Shown here: in pieces, positions 62,150 to 64,000 of the stretch
How positions within the stretch are numbered: position 1 is the first letter of the stretch
Layout of the letters: each line of letters opens with the position of its first letter
Assembly (NCBI GenBank): GCA_035457705.1
Contig: DATIBD010000019.1
Coordinates: forward strand, 21,671 to 85,670
Direction: 5' to 3'
DNA length: 64,000 nt
DNA from: Vicinamibacteria bacterium
Lineage (GTDB): Bacteria > Acidobacteriota > Vicinamibacteria > Marinacidobacterales > SMYC01
The notes under the pieces: generated by a model
What the model was told of the DNA's origin: nothing
Seen by the model: the letters and a program-made list of their open reading frames with translations, nothing else
The model's database searches: none
Made by a program: the position numbers and the translations under genes

Positions 62150-63610
62150 CTACACCGTTACCTTTTTCCATCCACCTCGCTTGAACAGCCACAGCGTGAA
62201 TAGTCCCACGGAGGTTTCTGAGAGGAAGATGGCCCAAAACACACCCGTGTGCGCCATCCCGAGTGTTTTTGCCATGAAGTATGACAGCGGGATCTGGATG
62301 AACCAGAAAAAGACGAGGTTGATCTTCGTTGGCGTGGCCGTGTCGCCTGCTCCGTTGAACGCCTGCACCGCCACCATCCACCATGCGTATACGAAGTAGG
62401 AATAGGAAACGATGGTCAGCCACTGTCCTCCGACAGAGATCACTTCGGCATCGTCGGTGAAGATGCTCACCAACGAATCACTGAACAGAAAATACAACAC
62501 GGAGACCCCAATCAGGAAAAACATGTTCCACGAACCGGTAACCCAGACCGCGCGTTCGGCGCGCTCGGGCTTTTGGGCGCCGAGATTCTGCCCCACGAGT
62601 GTCGCCACGGCGTTCGACATACCCCAGGCGGGCATCAACGTGAACATCATGATACGCATAGCGATAGTCGCCCCGGCGACCGCCTGGCTCCCGAACTCGG
62701 CGATGATGCGCATCAAGAAAATCCACGAGGTCATTGCAATGATCATCTGTCCAATTCCGCCCAGTGATGTGCGGACGAGTTTGGCAATGACCTGTCGGTT
62801 CAAACACAGCTGGGAACGAAGCAGGCGAATATGTTTGCTGCCTTTGAACAGGACGCCCAGTTGACTGAGCACGCCAATGCCTCTGCCGATATTGGTCGCC
62901 AGGGCAGCACCTTCTATTCCCAGCTCGGGAAAAGGTCCCAGGCCGTAGATGAGAACCGGGTCGAGAACCATATTGAATCCATTCGCAAGCCAAAGAACGC
63001 GCATGGCAATGGCGGCATCGCCCGCTCCCCGGAAAATGGCGTTGATCACAAACAGCAGCATGATCACGGCATTGCCGCCCAGCATCCATTGCGTGTAGGG
63101 GTAGCCATGTTCGAGCGTCCAGGCATCGGCTCCCATCAACCCGAGCAAATCTTTCGCAAAGACGATACCGACGATGGCAAACGGCAGGGAGACCAGCACG
63201 GCGAGAAATATGGCCTGGACAGCGGCGACCCCCGCTTGTTCTTTGTGCTTTTCGCCGATTCGCCTTGCGACGACAGCGGTTACAGCCATGGACAACCCGA
63301 TGCCGATGGAATAGAGCAGAAACAGATAGGTTTCCGTCAGCCCAACCGTCGCCACCGCGGAGGCGCCGAGTGTGCCGACGAAGTAGATGTCTACGACGGC
63401 AAACGTGGACTCCATGATCAATTCCAAGATCATCGGTACGGCCAGCAGGAACACCGCTTTACCGATACCGATCTGCGTGTAGTCGGCTTCGGTCCCGCGG
63501 ATCGCGTTCTTCAATTCCTGCCATAGCGATGGAGTGCCCTCTCCGAGTGACGATGTGGCTTGGCCATCTATGGCCGCTTCAATTTGCGTTTCTCGAGATT
63601 CTTCCTTCAA
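62150..63610 (-). CDS. MATE-family multidrug/toxic-compound efflux transporter
   Basis: 486 aa with 12 predicted helices. MATE-like N-terminal segment (LAVPMILELIMESTFAVVDIYFVGTLGASAVATVGL) and an internal duplication. Confidence 0.9.
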   Translation of the reverse strand: MKEESRETQIEAAIDGQATSSLGEGTPSLWQELKNAIRGTEADYTQIGIGKAVFLLAVPMILELIMESTFAVVDIYFVGTLGASAVATVGLTETYLFLLYSIGIGLSMAVTAVVARRIGEKHKEQAGVAAVQAIFLAVLVSLPFAIVGIVFAKDLLGLMGADAWTLEHGYPYTQWMLGGNAVIMLLFVINAIFRGAGDAAIAMRVLWLANGFNMVLDPVLIYGLGPFPELGIEGAALATNIGRGIGVLSQLGVLFKGSKHIRLLRSQLCLNRQVIAKLVRTSLGGIGQMIIAMTSWIFLMRIIAEFGSQAVAGATIAMRIMMFTLMPAWGMSNAVATLVGQNLGAQKPERAERAVWVTGSWNMFFLIGVSVLYFLFSDSLVSIFTDDAEVISVGGQWLTIVSYSYFVYAWWMVAVQAFNGAGDTATPTKINLVFFWFIQIPLSYFMAKTLGMAHTGVFWAIFLSETSVGLFTLWLFKRGGWKKVTV

Positions 63611-63901
63611 GGGTCTCCTTTATCCCGGAGTGCAAGCCTATTCTGTCGCAGCCCGCTCCGAAATGATCCGCAGGCGCGGACCGCGCCATCCGCCCCGTGG
63701 CGTTTCCACGGGTAGCCGAGAGGTGAACAAAAAGCGTGGAATCCGACCCCCTGTCCGTCGCCCAAACGGGGCGCGGATCGTTTTTCGAGCGCGACGCCGT
63801 GCTCGGCACGTGTTTGGGTTTGCTTAGAAACCTTTACCCATCCCTTCAGGACTCTTTAGGCCCCCGAGCTCCATGCTCTCCCCTGAGCGAGGAGGGATGG
63901 G

Positions 63902-64000
63902 ATGCGAAGATGGATCGGATTGGCGGCTTGGGTCCTGTCGACCGGCGCATCGGCGGCCCAGGAATGCGTCGGGGCCGGCCCTGGTGCTGCGCTGGTGCGA
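63902..64000 (+). CDS. 5' end of a secreted protein gene (runs off window)
   Basis: GGAGGG RBS. ATG 63902 opens MRRWIGLAAWVLSTGASAAQEC..., which is signal-peptide-like. Only 33 codons are visible. Confidence 0.3.
   Translation, partial: MRRWIGLAAWVLSTGASAAQECVGAGPGAALVR

Noticed and set aside
63611-63901. Hairpins (CCCGTGG-N5-CCACGGG; CGCCC-N5-GGGCG followed by TTTTT) in the 290-nt divergent region, considered as a riboswitch or attenuator
   Set aside because: The stems are short and I recognise no riboswitch consensus. The downstream gene is only 33 codons visible, so there is no functional context.

Overview
GC-rich bacterial chromosomal segment. The gene content includes several Ser/Thr kinases fused to TPR or TolB-like modules, a sigma-54 two-component system, a TRAP transporter, multihaem cytochromes and many outer-membrane proteins. 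This suggests an Acidobacteriota-like soil or sediment organism, but that taxonomic call is inference only. I can support about 55 protein-coding genes or pseudogenes and two tRNAs: tRNA-Ala(GGC) and a tRNA-Sec (selC). I see no rRNA, no CRISPR array and no intact transposase or integrase. The long antisense ORFs in the six-frame track are GC-driven shadows of the real genes. Layout: 1-8.1 kb holds an NtrC-type regulator, its kinase, an orphan receiver, a BON protein, a ChlI-like AAA+/vWA pair and a PilZ protein. 8.4-12.4 kb holds tRNA-Ala, a kinase-BRCT fusion, an S9 peptidase and a MazEF-like cassette. 12.6-19.8 kb holds a kinase-TPR gene, a duplicated TPR gene, a small ORF, an orphan SagB/ThcOx-type dehydrogenase and a Tat-exported multicopper oxidase. 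19.9-21.3 kb holds selC with a decayed nucleotidyltransferase cassette and an Smr protein. 21.3-24.1 kb is a TRAP transporter. 24.4-27.8 kb is a decahaem cytochrome / catalytically dead HtrA-like protein / cytochrome c operon. 28.1-31.6 kb holds a YdiJ-like FAD/Fe-S oxidoreductase and an RNase H-like exonuclease. 31.8-44.5 kb is one long minus-strand block: three glycosyltransferases, an MsbA-like ABC exporter, a sulfotransferase, two APH-like kinases, an AlgE-like porin, then an OXA-like protein and a PHP phosphoesterase. 45.8-51.3 kb is a gene-decay island with pseudogenes, a nucleotidyltransferase cassette and diverged direct repeats. 51.5-57.5 kb is a translationally coupled three-gene operon: FHA-GAF-histidine kinase, TPR-TM-ATPase and paralogous ATPase-wHTH-Ser/Thr kinase. 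57.8-64 kb carries envelope and efflux genes. The best candidates for an undescribed system are that FHA-HK / paired STAND-like ATPase / kinase operon, the sulfo/phospho-glycoconjugate export operon, the cytochrome-pseudoprotease operon, and the orphan RRE-like SagB dehydrogenase with its small upstream ORF. All family assignments come from motifs read by eye; no searches were run.
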